This document shows, piece by piece, positions 22,170 to 30,542 of a stretch of 35,807 nt of DNA. Each line of letters starts with the position of its first letter. Positions within the stretch are counted from its first letter, which is position 1. Both the position numbers and the translations under genes were made by a program. Origin of the DNA: Bacteroides sp. GTDB lineage: Bacteria > Bacteroidota > Bacteroidia > G022818785. The notes beneath the pieces are model-generated. The model did no database searches. It was not told the origin of the DNA and saw only the letters and a program-made list of their open reading frames with translations. The DNA lies in the NCBI GenBank assembly GCA_022818785.1, contig CP063811.1, positions 289,301-325,107 on the forward strand, given 5' to 3'.

Positions 22170-22802
22170 ATGGAAATTAAAGAGATAAGAGAGTATAAAA
22201 GTCACATATTAGCTATATCAAAAATTGCAAATGAGCCATTTAAAGAATTTAAAAAATGGATAAAAATTGCACAAGATAATAATATACTAGATTTTAATGC
22301 AATGACATTATCGACAGTTAGTAGCAATAATATTCCTAGCTCAAGAATAGTATTGTTAAAACAAATAAATAAAGATGGATTAATATTTTATACAAATTAC
22401 AGAAGTAATAAATCTATTGATTTAAATCACAATAAAAATGTTGCTGCAAATTTTTATTGGGCAAAAATAAATAAACAAATTAGAATAAATGGATTAGTTA
22501 ATAAAATTCCATACAAATTATCAAATCAATATTTTTTGTCAAGGCCTCGAACAAGTATGATAAGTTCCATTATATCTAAGCAAAGTTCTTATATAAATTC
22601 CATTAATAGTTTAGAAAAAAAACTTTTTTATTTAACTAATAATAAAAAAATATTAAATAATATAAAATGTCCCAAATATTGGGGAGGATATATCATAAAG
22701 CCATATATGATAGAATTTTGGCAAGGAAAACCTAACAGAATGCATGATAGAATTTTATTTATAAAACAAAATAAGTGGGTTAAAAAAATACTTTCTCCCT
22801 AA
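22170..22802 (+). CDS. pdxH: pyridoxamine 5'-phosphate oxidase
   Basis: 210 aa. Motifs RIVLLKQINKDGLIFYTNYRSNK and WGGYIIKPYMIEFWQGKPNRMHDRILF. Confidence 0.9.
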   Translation: MEIKEIREYKSHILAISKIANEPFKEFKKWIKIAQDNNILDFNAMTLSTVSSNNIPSSRIVLLKQINKDGLIFYTNYRSNKSIDLNHNKNVAANFYWAKINKQIRINGLVNKIPYKLSNQYFLSRPRTSMISSIISKQSSYINSINSLEKKLFYLTNNKKILNNIKCPKYWGGYIIKPYMIEFWQGKPNRMHDRILFIKQNKWVKKILSP

Positions 22803-22804
22803 AC

Positions 22805-25105
22805 TTAAGTATAAATTTCTACTATATCTCCTACTTTAACATTATTGAAATCATTTATTTTAATACCACATTCATGTCCTTCATTAACTTCTTTAACATT
22901 ATCTTTGAAAGATTTCAAAGATGATATATTTCCCTTATAAATAATGCTATTTTTTCTTATAATTTTTATTTTAGAATTTTTCTTAACAATGCCTTCTATC
23001 ACTTTACATCCTATTATAGAACCTATTTTATTACTTTGAAAAATTTCTTTAATTTTCATTTTTCCAGTTAATTTTTCCAAATTTTCAGGATTTGATAATC
23101 TATTTATAGATAGTTTAATATCTTCTATAACTTTATATATTATACTATATGTTCTAATTTCTACCATTTCTGATTCAGAAATTTTTCTTGCCTTTGTTGA
23201 AGGTTTAACTTGAAACCCTATAATAATTGCATTTGAAGCAGAGGCCAATAAAATATCAGATTCAGATATTTCTCCAACAGATTGATGAATAATATTTATT
23301 TTCATTTGTTCATTTGATAAATGTAGGATAGAATCTGATAATGCTTCTATAGATCCACTCATATCTCCTTTGAGGATAAAATTTATTTCTTTAAAAGTTC
23401 CAATGGATAACCTTCTTCCTATTTCATCCAAAGTGATATGTTTTTTAGTTCTTAAAAATTGTTCTCTACTAAACTGTTGTCTTTTTATAGCAATAGATTT
23501 AGCTTTTTCTTCAGAATTCATAATAATAAATTTATCTCCAGCATTAGATGCTCCTTGCAATCCTAATATTTGAATAGGTTTACTCGCTTTAGAAGAATAT
23601 ATTTTTTGATTTCTCTCATTAAAAATTGCTTTAATACGACCACTGTATTGACCTGCTAATATATAATCATTAATCTTTAGAATTCCAGATTGTATAATAA
23701 TTGTAGTTACTATCCCTAATCCCCTTTTTAGAGTAGACTCTAGTACTATACCATATGCATTCTTTTTATAATTAGTCTTTAATTTTAATAAATCAGCTTC
23801 TAATAATATTGTTTCTAACAAATCATTAATACCTATATTTTTTTTAACAGATATGGATTGATATTTATATTTACCTCCCCAATCTTCAGTTAAGATATTA
23901 ATTTTAGATAATTGCTCTTTAATTTTATTAATATTGTTAATTGGTAAGTCTATTTTGCTAAATGCAAATATAATTGGGACATTAGCTGATAAAGCATGAT
24001 TAATGGCTTCTACAGTTTGAGGCATAACTTGACTATCAGAAGATATAACAATAATTACTATATCAGTTATTTTAGCTCCTCTAGCTCTCATTGCAGTAAA
24101 AGCTTCATGACCAGGAGTATCTAAAAATGTTATTTTTTGATTTTTTTCTTTTATATCAACTTCATAAGCTCCCATATGTTGTGTAATACCTCCTGCTTCT
24201 TGATCAATTACATTAGTTTTTCTTATATAATCTAATAAAGAAGTTTTTCCATGATCAACATGCCCCATAACAGTTACTATAGGACTTCTAGGTTCTAGAT
24301 CTTCAGAATATTTGAAATGATTATCATCATCATATTCATCAATTATATCATTATTATATGCATCAGTTAATTCAATTGGAATATTAAAATATTCCATAAT
24401 TAATGTTATGGTATCTCCATCTAATCTTTGATTAATAGATACTAAAATATTTAAATCAATACATAACTTTATAATATCATTAACAGGTATTGATGCTATA
24501 ATACTCAGTTCTTTAACTGTTATGAATTCTGTTATTTTGAGTTTTTTAGCATTTTTATTTATTATAGCATTATTTTCATTATGTGAATTTTTTTTATCAC
24601 ATTTTTTGCTTTTCTTTAATCTTGATATTACATTAAATTTACTTGATTTACCTACATTACTTAATTTATTAAGAGTTCTCTTGATTTGATTATTTGTAAA
24701 TTTATCATCTTTTTTTATTTTTTTGTCTTTAAAGATTTTTACTCTTTTATTTTTAATAGATTTAATATCATCTTTTTTATTTTGATGATAAATATTATCA
24801 GGTTTTGTTAAGTTTTTTGAAACTTTATTTTTATCTAAATTTATTTTTCCTACTACTTTGGGTTTTGTCGTTATATTATAATCAGATATATTAATAATAT
24901 TTTTTGCAGAATTTCGTAAAGAAGATTGTTGTTTATGATTTTTATATTCTATCAATAATTTTTCGTATAAATACTTATTAATGTTAGTATTAGGACTATA
25001 TAAAACTTTATGACCATTTTTAGATAAAAAATTTACTATTGTAAGTATGCTAACATTTAACTCTTTGGCTATTTTCAACAATTTATATTCTTTCTTTTCT
25101 GACAT
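22805..25105 (-). CDS. infB: translation initiation factor IF-2
   Basis: 766 aa. IF2_N-type N-terminus, K/N-rich linker, and a G domain with GHVDHGKTSLLD, DTPGHEAF and SKID (G4 variant). Confidence 0.95.
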   Translation of the reverse strand: MSEKKEYKLLKIAKELNVSILTIVNFLSKNGHKVLYSPNTNINKYLYEKLLIEYKNHKQQSSLRNSAKNIINISDYNITTKPKVVGKINLDKNKVSKNLTKPDNIYHQNKKDDIKSIKNKRVKIFKDKKIKKDDKFTNNQIKRTLNKLSNVGKSSKFNVISRLKKSKKCDKKNSHNENNAIINKNAKKLKITEFITVKELSIIASIPVNDIIKLCIDLNILVSINQRLDGDTITLIMEYFNIPIELTDAYNNDIIDEYDDDNHFKYSEDLEPRSPIVTVMGHVDHGKTSLLDYIRKTNVIDQEAGGITQHMGAYEVDIKEKNQKITFLDTPGHEAFTAMRARGAKITDIVIIVISSDSQVMPQTVEAINHALSANVPIIFAFSKIDLPINNINKIKEQLSKINILTEDWGGKYKYQSISVKKNIGINDLLETILLEADLLKLKTNYKKNAYGIVLESTLKRGLGIVTTIIIQSGILKINDYILAGQYSGRIKAIFNERNQKIYSSKASKPIQILGLQGASNAGDKFIIMNSEEKAKSIAIKRQQFSREQFLRTKKHITLDEIGRRLSIGTFKEINFILKGDMSGSIEALSDSILHLSNEQMKINIIHQSVGEISESDILLASASNAIIIGFQVKPSTKARKISESEMVEIRTYSIIYKVIEDIKLSINRLSNPENLEKLTGKMKIKEIFQSNKIGSIIGCKVIEGIVKKNSKIKIIRKNSIIYKGNISSLKSFKDNVKEVNEGHECGIKINDFNNVKVGDIVEIYT

Positions 25106-25236
25106 AATTATTAATTTATTTTTGTTTAAATGTAATGCATAAAATCTATTTTTTACAAATCATATTAAAATATTAAAGCTTTATTATAAAAGTAGTTATT
25201 AATTTATAAATTACATGTTTACAAATAATATCATAA

Positions 25237-26310
25237 TCAATTTACAATTGAATTTTTTGATACATTATTATTTTCAATAGAATCTTTGTAAATGTTAATT
25301 TGATATCCTGTTAATTTAATAGCTAATCTTATATTGCAACCATTTTTTCCAATTGCTAATGCTACTTGATCAGATTTTACATATACATTCGCAGTATTTT
25401 CATCAATAATTTGTATCCTAGATATTTTAGCAGGACTTAAAGATCTTTGAATATATAATTGGATATTATTTGTATATTGTACAATATCTATACTCTCATT
25501 AGATAACTCTTTAATAATTCCATGTATTCTAGACCCTTTAATACCAACACAAGCTCCTATGGGATCTATTCTATCATCATAAGATTCAACTGATACTTTA
25601 GCTCTTTCTCCTGGTTCACGTACTATACTTTTTATATTTATTAATCCATCAAATATTTCAGGAACCTCAAGCTCCAATAATTTATGCAATAACAATACAT
25701 TTGTACGAGAAACAATAATTATTGGTTTATCATTAATCATTTTAACATCAATAATAACAGATCTTATTATATCTCCTTTTTTTAAAAAATTAAAGGATAT
25801 TTGTTCACTTTTAGGAAGTAAAAGTTCATTTTTTTGATTATCTAATAATATAATTTCTTTTTTCCGTATTTGAGTAATTTCAGCAACTATAACTTCATTA
25901 ATTCGGTTTTTATATTCATTTAAAATGTTTTGTTTTTCCAATTCTATCATTTTAATAGATAACATTTTACGACCTATCAAAATTGATCTCCTGCTAAAAT
26001 TAGATAAAATAATTTCATCAATAAAATCATCACCTATAGATAAACTAGAATCAATTTTTTGAACTTTTTTTAAATATATCTCATATATCGGATCAATTTT
26101 TATGTTATTGTCTATAACTTTTCTGGTTCTCCATATCTCTATATCTCCCTTTTCAAGATTAAGTATAATATCAAAATTTTTATTACATCCATATGTATGT
26201 AAAATCATGGTTTTTATTACATCTTTTAACAACAATTCCATGTAAGTTTTATCTATATTTTTTATATTTTTAAACTCTTTAAACGAATCAATAAGATTGA
26301 AATTATCCAT
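25237..26310 (-). CDS. nusA: transcription termination/antitermination factor NusA
   Basis: 357 aa. N-terminal domain, S1-like region, KH repeats (GACVGIKGSRI, AIGKNGCNIRLA). It lies upstream of infB. Stop is TGA. Confidence 0.9.
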   Translation of the reverse strand: MDNFNLIDSFKEFKNIKNIDKTYMELLLKDVIKTMILHTYGCNKNFDIILNLEKGDIEIWRTRKVIDNNIKIDPIYEIYLKKVQKIDSSLSIGDDFIDEIILSNFSRRSILIGRKMLSIKMIELEKQNILNEYKNRINEVIVAEITQIRKKEIILLDNQKNELLLPKSEQISFNFLKKGDIIRSVIIDVKMINDKPIIIVSRTNVLLLHKLLELEVPEIFDGLINIKSIVREPGERAKVSVESYDDRIDPIGACVGIKGSRIHGIIKELSNESIDIVQYTNNIQLYIQRSLSPAKISRIQIIDENTANVYVKSDQVALAIGKNGCNIRLAIKLTGYQINIYKDSIENNNVSKNSIVN

Positions 26311-26484
26311 TTTATACCTTTTTATTCAAAAATGTATTAATAAATACACTTTAATATTAATATAACCAAATATAGCACATTTTAATGACATATAAATAAA
26401 TAAAAATTTTTATATTATATTACTTGTATACAATAAATAAAGTTATATTGTTACCACAAAAAAATAGATTATTTCTAAATAAAT

Positions 26485-27468
26485 ATGAATAATATTAACA
26501 TAGGAGTATTAACTTCCGGAGGAGATGCGCCAGGTATGAATGCTTGTATAAGAGCAATTGTAAGAACAGGCATACATTATAATATGAATATTATAGGAAT
26601 TAGAAAAGGTTACGAAGGGCTTATTAATAATGATTTTTACAAATTAAATATTGAATCAGTAGCTAATATAATACATAAAGGAGGAACTATATTAAAAACA
26701 GCCAGAAGTCAAGATTTTATCAATACTGATGGTATGCAAAAATCTTATGAAAATTTGATTAAAAATAACATTAATGTATTGATTGCAATAGGAGGCAATG
26801 GTACTTTAAATGGAATATATAAATTTCATAATAAATATGAAATTCCTGTTATTTTTATACCAGCTACTATTGATAATAATTTATATGGTACTGATATAAC
26901 AATAGGATATGATACAGCTATTAACACTGTTACTAATATAATTGATAAAATCAGAGATACTGCAGAATCTCATGATAGATTATTTTTTGTTGAAGTAATG
27001 GGTAAAAATACTGGTCATATTGCAATTAATACTGGTATTAGTTCAGGAGCTGGTACTGTTATTTTACCTAAATATCATAATAATTTAGATCATCTATTTG
27101 AACATCTTTTAAAATCTAGACGTAATAAATCTTCAAAAATTATTATTATATCAGAACATAATAATATAGGAAATACCTTTGAAATAGCAAAAAAAGTAAA
27201 AAATCACTTTTCTAGTTATGATATAAAAGTAACTATATTAGGACACGTACAACGTGGCGGAAAACCAACATGTAGAGATAGAATTATTGCTAGTAAAATG
27301 GGTTATGAATCCATTAGAGCGATAATTAAAAATATTAAAAATATTATGATTGGTATTATAAATGATAAAATTAAATATTCTGATCTAAATTTAATAATTA
27401 ATAAGAAAAAAGATAATGTTGACAATATTGATAGTGTTTTAAATATGATAGATATATTATCTTCATAA
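26485..27468 (+). CDS. pfkA: ATP-dependent 6-phosphofructokinase (with unusual active-site substitutions)
   Basis: 327 aa. Motifs GVLTSGGDAPGMNA, GGTILKTARS, IGGNGT, PATIDNN, VEVMGK, LGHVQRGG. Confidence 0.9.
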   Translation: MNNINIGVLTSGGDAPGMNACIRAIVRTGIHYNMNIIGIRKGYEGLINNDFYKLNIESVANIIHKGGTILKTARSQDFINTDGMQKSYENLIKNNINVLIAIGGNGTLNGIYKFHNKYEIPVIFIPATIDNNLYGTDITIGYDTAINTVTNIIDKIRDTAESHDRLFFVEVMGKNTGHIAINTGISSGAGTVILPKYHNNLDHLFEHLLKSRRNKSSKIIIISEHNNIGNTFEIAKKVKNHFSSYDIKVTILGHVQRGGKPTCRDRIIASKMGYESIRAIIKNIKNIMIGIINDKIKYSDLNLIINKKKDNVDNIDSVLNMIDILSS

Positions 27469-27479
27469 ATTAAAATTAT

Positions 27480-28163
27480 ATGAGATTAAACAAATATATA
27501 TCATTATGTGGTATTACATCGAGACGTAAAGCAGATAATCTTATTTTACAAGAAAAAATAAAAATTAATGATAAAATTATTAATAATTTTAATTCTATTG
27601 TAAAAAAAAATGATAAAGTATCCTATTGTAATAGAATTATATATCCAAATCAATATGTTTATATTTTAATTAATAAGCCTAAAAATTGTATTGTTACTAA
27701 TATTGATGATAAATCAAGAAATACAATAATGGATCTTATTAAAGATAAAGAGATAACAAATAATTTACATGCTGTTGGACGATTAGATAGAAATACAACT
27801 GGATTAATATTATTAACTAATAATGGAAATCTAACATATAACCTTACACATCCAAGTAAAAATATTTTAAAAATATATTCAGTTAAGCTAAATAATATAT
27901 GCAATGAATATGATATAAATAAGATTAAGCAATACAAAATCAATAATCGTATTATAATTGACAAATTACAGTATGATCGATTTAAAAATGAATTTACTGT
28001 CACAATTCATAGTGGTCAAAACAGAATTATACACCGTATTTTTAACTATTTTGGATTTAAAATATTAAAATTAGATAGAATTCAATATCACAATTTAAAT
28101 AAACAATCATTGAAAAGAGGACAATGGAAATATATTTCATATAATGACATATATCCAATATAA
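27480..28163 (+). CDS. rluB: RsuA/RluB-family rRNA pseudouridine synthase with S4 domain
   Basis: 227 aa. S4 N-terminus MRLNKYISLCGITSRRKAD and catalytic motif GRLDRNTTGLILLTNNG. The exact paralog assignment is uncertain. Confidence 0.75.
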   Translation: MRLNKYISLCGITSRRKADNLILQEKIKINDKIINNFNSIVKKNDKVSYCNRIIYPNQYVYILINKPKNCIVTNIDDKSRNTIMDLIKDKEITNNLHAVGRLDRNTTGLILLTNNGNLTYNLTHPSKNILKIYSVKLNNICNEYDINKIKQYKINNRIIIDKLQYDRFKNEFTVTIHSGQNRIIHRIFNYFGFKILKLDRIQYHNLNKQSLKRGQWKYISYNDIYPI

Positions 28164-28169
28164 TATAAA

Positions 28170-29303
28170 TTATGATATTAAATCAGTATATAGTTTTTCA
28201 TATTGATCAGTAATAATATTGATATCAAATTTTTTAGCATAATTTATAGCATTTTGACTTATTGTTTTATAAATATTACGATTTTTCAAAATATATAATA
28301 TGTTTTTAGTCATTTCATATATATTATGACAATTAGAAACATAGCCTGTTTTACCGTTTATATTTATTTCTTTTAATCCTCCTCCATCAGAGGATATAAT
28401 GGGAATACCACAAGACATAGCCTCCAAAATGACTAATCCTAATGATTCACTAGTATAAGGCAGAAGTATTAAATCGCTTATTGAATAAAAATATTCAATT
28501 TGTTTTTGAAATCCTAAAAAATATACATAATCTCTAATTTTATAATCGTCACATAATTTTTTAGCATATACTATATTAGGACCATCACCAATAAATAATA
28601 ACTTTAATAATATTGTGCTATCTTTTATGAGATTAAAAAATACTTTTATAACAATTTCTATTGTATCTTTTTTTTCAAAATTGGATATATGTGTAAGTAC
28701 ATATTCCCCCCTAGGGGCAATCATATTTTTTAAAGTTTTGTGCTCAGATAGATAAAATCTTTTTTTATCAATAAAATTAGGAATTATATGAATTTTTTTA
28801 TCAAAATTTAAATAATTATTAATCTTTTGATATATATAATTTGAAGTCACAGTTATAGCATTAACATTATTGATGTTATATTCTATCAATGATGAATGTG
28901 AATTTTTGTTAACATCATTAATATTTGCAATATCATTTCCGTGAATAGTCAATATTGAATATATTTTTAACCCCTTTTTTAACAAAATATTTTGTACAAT
29001 ATTTATGATATTTGCATGAGGTATTGCATAATGAGCATGAATAATATTTAACGAATATTTATTACAAATATGTAATATTTTACTTATTAGTTCATATTCA
29101 TATAATGGAATATTCAACATATTATCATTATATAAATTAATTTTATGTAAAAATATATTTTTTAATCTCGTATTTAATCTTATAGGATTTTGATAACTAA
29201 AAAAATGTATATTGTGGCCTCTATTAGCCAATTGATTACCCAATTCGCTTGCTATAACACCACTTACCTCATATTTTGGATATCCAATAATTCCAATGTT
29301 CAT
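28170..29303 (-). CDS. bshA: GT4 glycosyltransferase, BshA-like (N-acetyl-alpha-D-glucosaminyl L-malate synthase)
   Basis: 377 aa. The N-terminus MNIGIIGYPKYEVSGVIASELGNQLANRGHNIHFFSY resembles BshA as I recall it. The C-terminal GT-B motif is ESLGLVILEAMSCGIPIISSDGGGLKE. Confidence 0.65.
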   Translation of the reverse strand: MNIGIIGYPKYEVSGVIASELGNQLANRGHNIHFFSYQNPIRLNTRLKNIFLHKINLYNDNMLNIPLYEYELISKILHICNKYSLNIIHAHYAIPHANIINIVQNILLKKGLKIYSILTIHGNDIANINDVNKNSHSSLIEYNINNVNAITVTSNYIYQKINNYLNFDKKIHIIPNFIDKKRFYLSEHKTLKNMIAPRGEYVLTHISNFEKKDTIEIVIKVFFNLIKDSTILLKLLFIGDGPNIVYAKKLCDDYKIRDYVYFLGFQKQIEYFYSISDLILLPYTSESLGLVILEAMSCGIPIISSDGGGLKEININGKTGYVSNCHNIYEMTKNILYILKNRNIYKTISQNAINYAKKFDINIITDQYEKLYTDLIS

Positions 29304-29436
29304 TTTTTAATATGTATATTTTTTGTTATTCAATTATTATTTAAATTGAATTCAAGTTATTATATTTATTAATAATATCATATTATTTTTATTTATTAAA
29401 TAATATGATTTTTAGTTTATTAATTTTATTTCAAAT

Positions 29437-29640
29437 ATGATTATTACAGAAATTAAACAAGGAGAAAATTTTGAAAAAGCACTTAGAAAATTTAAAAGAA
29501 AATTCGATAAAATTGGGATATTAAAAGAATTGCGTTATAGACAATCTTATGAAAAAAATTCTACTAAGAAACGAAACATACTAAAAAAAGCTATTTATAA
29601 ACAAAAAAAACAAGAAATGAATATTATAAATACATTATAA
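29437..29640 (+). CDS. rpsU: 30S ribosomal protein S21
   Basis: 67 aa, basic. GENFEKALRKFKRKFDKIGILKELRYRQSYEK matches the S21 family. Confidence 0.9.
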   Translation: MIITEIKQGENFEKALRKFKRKFDKIGILKELRYRQSYEKNSTKKRNILKKAIYKQKKQEMNIINTL

Positions 29641-29651
29641 TTTAATATATT

Positions 29652-29939
29652 ATGAATTTAATAATAAAAAATATTAATTTTGAAAAAAGCGATTGTTTAG
29701 TTAACAATATTAATAATAAAATCAAAAAAATATCTTTTTTATGTCGCAATATTATATATTGTGTAATATCAATGAAAATAGATAAAAGATATAATCATCA
29801 TTTTAATACTGTATCCATCAAAGCCTTTACATCAAGTAATATATTTTTTGTAAAAAAAAATTATCATAATTTATATTATGGCATTAATAAATCATTAAAT
29901 TCTTTAAAAAAACAAATACAGAAATATAAAAATTTATAA
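29652..29939 (+). CDS. hpf: ribosome hibernation/associated inhibitor (HPF/RaiA short form)
   Basis: 95 aa. The layout M.l.i...n.e.s..l...i..ki.ki ... KKQIQKYK fits the HPF/YfiA family and sits next to rpsU. Sequence conservation is modest. Confidence 0.6.
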   Translation: MNLIIKNINFEKSDCLVNNINNKIKKISFLCRNIIYCVISMKIDKRYNHHFNTVSIKAFTSSNIFFVKKNYHNLYYGINKSLNSLKKQIQKYKNL

Positions 29940-30539
29940 CAATTGTAGTGATTTTTTTATGATTTCTTCTGATGTAGAAATATTAATATTATTTTTAATA
30001 ACTTTTTTTATTATTTTTTTTGCAACATCAGCATTAATATTTAATTTTATTAATGCTTTTAAAGATTCTTCTTCTATTTGAAGATATTTTTTATTATCAA
30101 CATGCTTAATATTATTCTTCATATTATATATTTTATCTTGTAACTCTAATACAATTCTCTTTGCAGATTTATTTCCTATTCCTTTTATATCTTTAATATT
30201 TTGAATATTATTATTAATAATATCTTGTTTAAGACTTTCAATTGATTTAATGGATGATAATATATTAACACACATATTAGGTCCAATTTTAGTAACTGAT
30301 AATAAAAGATTGAACATGAATTTTTCTTCTAAATCGAAAAATCCATATAAAATAATATTTGAATTATTACTTATATATAAGTAAGTAAAAATTGTTATTT
30401 TCTGATCTAAATAATTATGTTTTAATAATTTATTATATGTATACAATGATATATAGATTATATATTCTACATCATTGGAAAATATAATTACAATTTCTCT
30501 CTTTATAAGAGAAATTTTGCCAGTAATAGAATAAATCAT
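29934..30539 (-). CDS. ruvA: Holliday junction DNA helicase subunit RuvA
   Basis: 201 aa. MIYSITGKI start, then LLSVTKIGPNMCVNILS and IKGIGNKSAKRIVLEL helix-hairpin-helix motifs. The stop overlaps the last hpf codons by 6 nt. Confidence 0.85.
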   Translation of the reverse strand: MIYSITGKISLIKREIVIIFSNDVEYIIYISLYTYNKLLKHNYLDQKITIFTYLYISNNSNIILYGFFDLEEKFMFNLLLSVTKIGPNMCVNILSSIKSIESLKQDIINNNIQNIKDIKGIGNKSAKRIVLELQDKIYNMKNNIKHVDNKKYLQIEEESLKALIKLNINADVAKKIIKKVIKNNINISTSEEIIKKSLQLL

Positions 30540-30542
30540 ATT

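Noticed and set aside
25121-25225. Imperfect inverted repeat in the nusA-infB spacer (tttgtttaaatgtaat ... attacatgtttacaaa)
   Set aside because: It has 13 of 16 matches, all A/T-rich, with a ~70-nt loop. Pairings like this are expected by chance in DNA this AT-rich and would be thermodynamically weak. It is not supportable as a terminator or riboswitch.
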